From the NCBI RefSeq assembly GCF_009914755.1, contig NC_060930.1: a stretch of 64,000 nt of DNA. One strand, given 5' to 3'. Positions 63,666 through 64,000 of the stretch are shown here, in pieces. Position 1 is the first letter of the stretch. The number at the start of each line of letters is the position of its first letter. The notes under the pieces were generated by a model, which saw only the letters and a list, made by a program, of their open reading frames with translations, made no database searches and was not told the origin of the DNA. A program made the translations under genes and the position numbers. The stretch is from the human T2T-CHM13v2.0 reference genome, Homo sapiens.

Positions 63666-64000
63666 TGATATGGTTCAGCTTTGTGTCCCCACCCAAATCT
63701 CAGGCTCTGTGTCCCTACCCAAATCTCATCTTGGAGCCCTCATAATTCCCATGTGTTGTAGGAGGGACCTGGTGGGAGATGACTGAATTATGGGGGTGGG
63801 TCTTTCCTGTGCTGTTCTCATGATGGTCAATGAGTCTCATGAGATCTGAGAGTTTTAAAAAGGGGAGTTTCCCTGCACAAGCTCTCTCTTTGTTGCCATC
63901 CACGTAAGATGGGGCTTGCTTCTACTTGCCTTCTGCCACGATTGTGAGGCTTCCTCAGCCATGTGGAACTGTAAATTCACTAAACTTCTTTCTTTTGAAA
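63666..64000 (+). mobile_element. THE1 (MaLR) LTR, running off the window
   Basis: tgatatggtt..ctttgtgtccccacccaaatctca, gagggacctggtgggag, ctcatgagatctga, gattgtgaggc. Confidence 0.88.

Overview
Primate (most likely human) genomic DNA, rich in Alu, L1, LTR and MER elements. The minus strand carries the last nine coding exons of RPS6KA2 (p90 ribosomal S6 kinase 3, RSK3). I joined them by hand at GT-AG junctions into 1127 nt of continuous CDS covering the linker with the FRGFSF hydrophobic motif, the whole C-terminal kinase domain, the LAQRR ERK-docking site and the C-terminal STRL PDZ ligand. A ~3.4 kb 3'UTR follows, with AATAAA at 14366-14371. Positions 1-14.3 kb look like repeat-rich downstream intergenic DNA. 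Nearly all other ORFs in the track come from Alu, L1 or low-complexity DNA. I found no convincing new protein-coding or enzymatic system. The most interesting items are: a full-length TTAA-flanked piggyBac MER75 retaining a PGBD4-like N-terminus; a nested LTR>Alu>L1PA3 insertion with a ~15-bp twin-priming inversion; a 42-bp VNTR with ETS motifs; a 1.2-kb intronic array of RUNX/Kozak-like motifs; clustered miR-17~92 seed sites; inverted Alus around two phase-0 exons; a candidate last-intron-retention isoform; and several template-switch scars. Repeat subfamily names come from recalled consensus features, not a database search.
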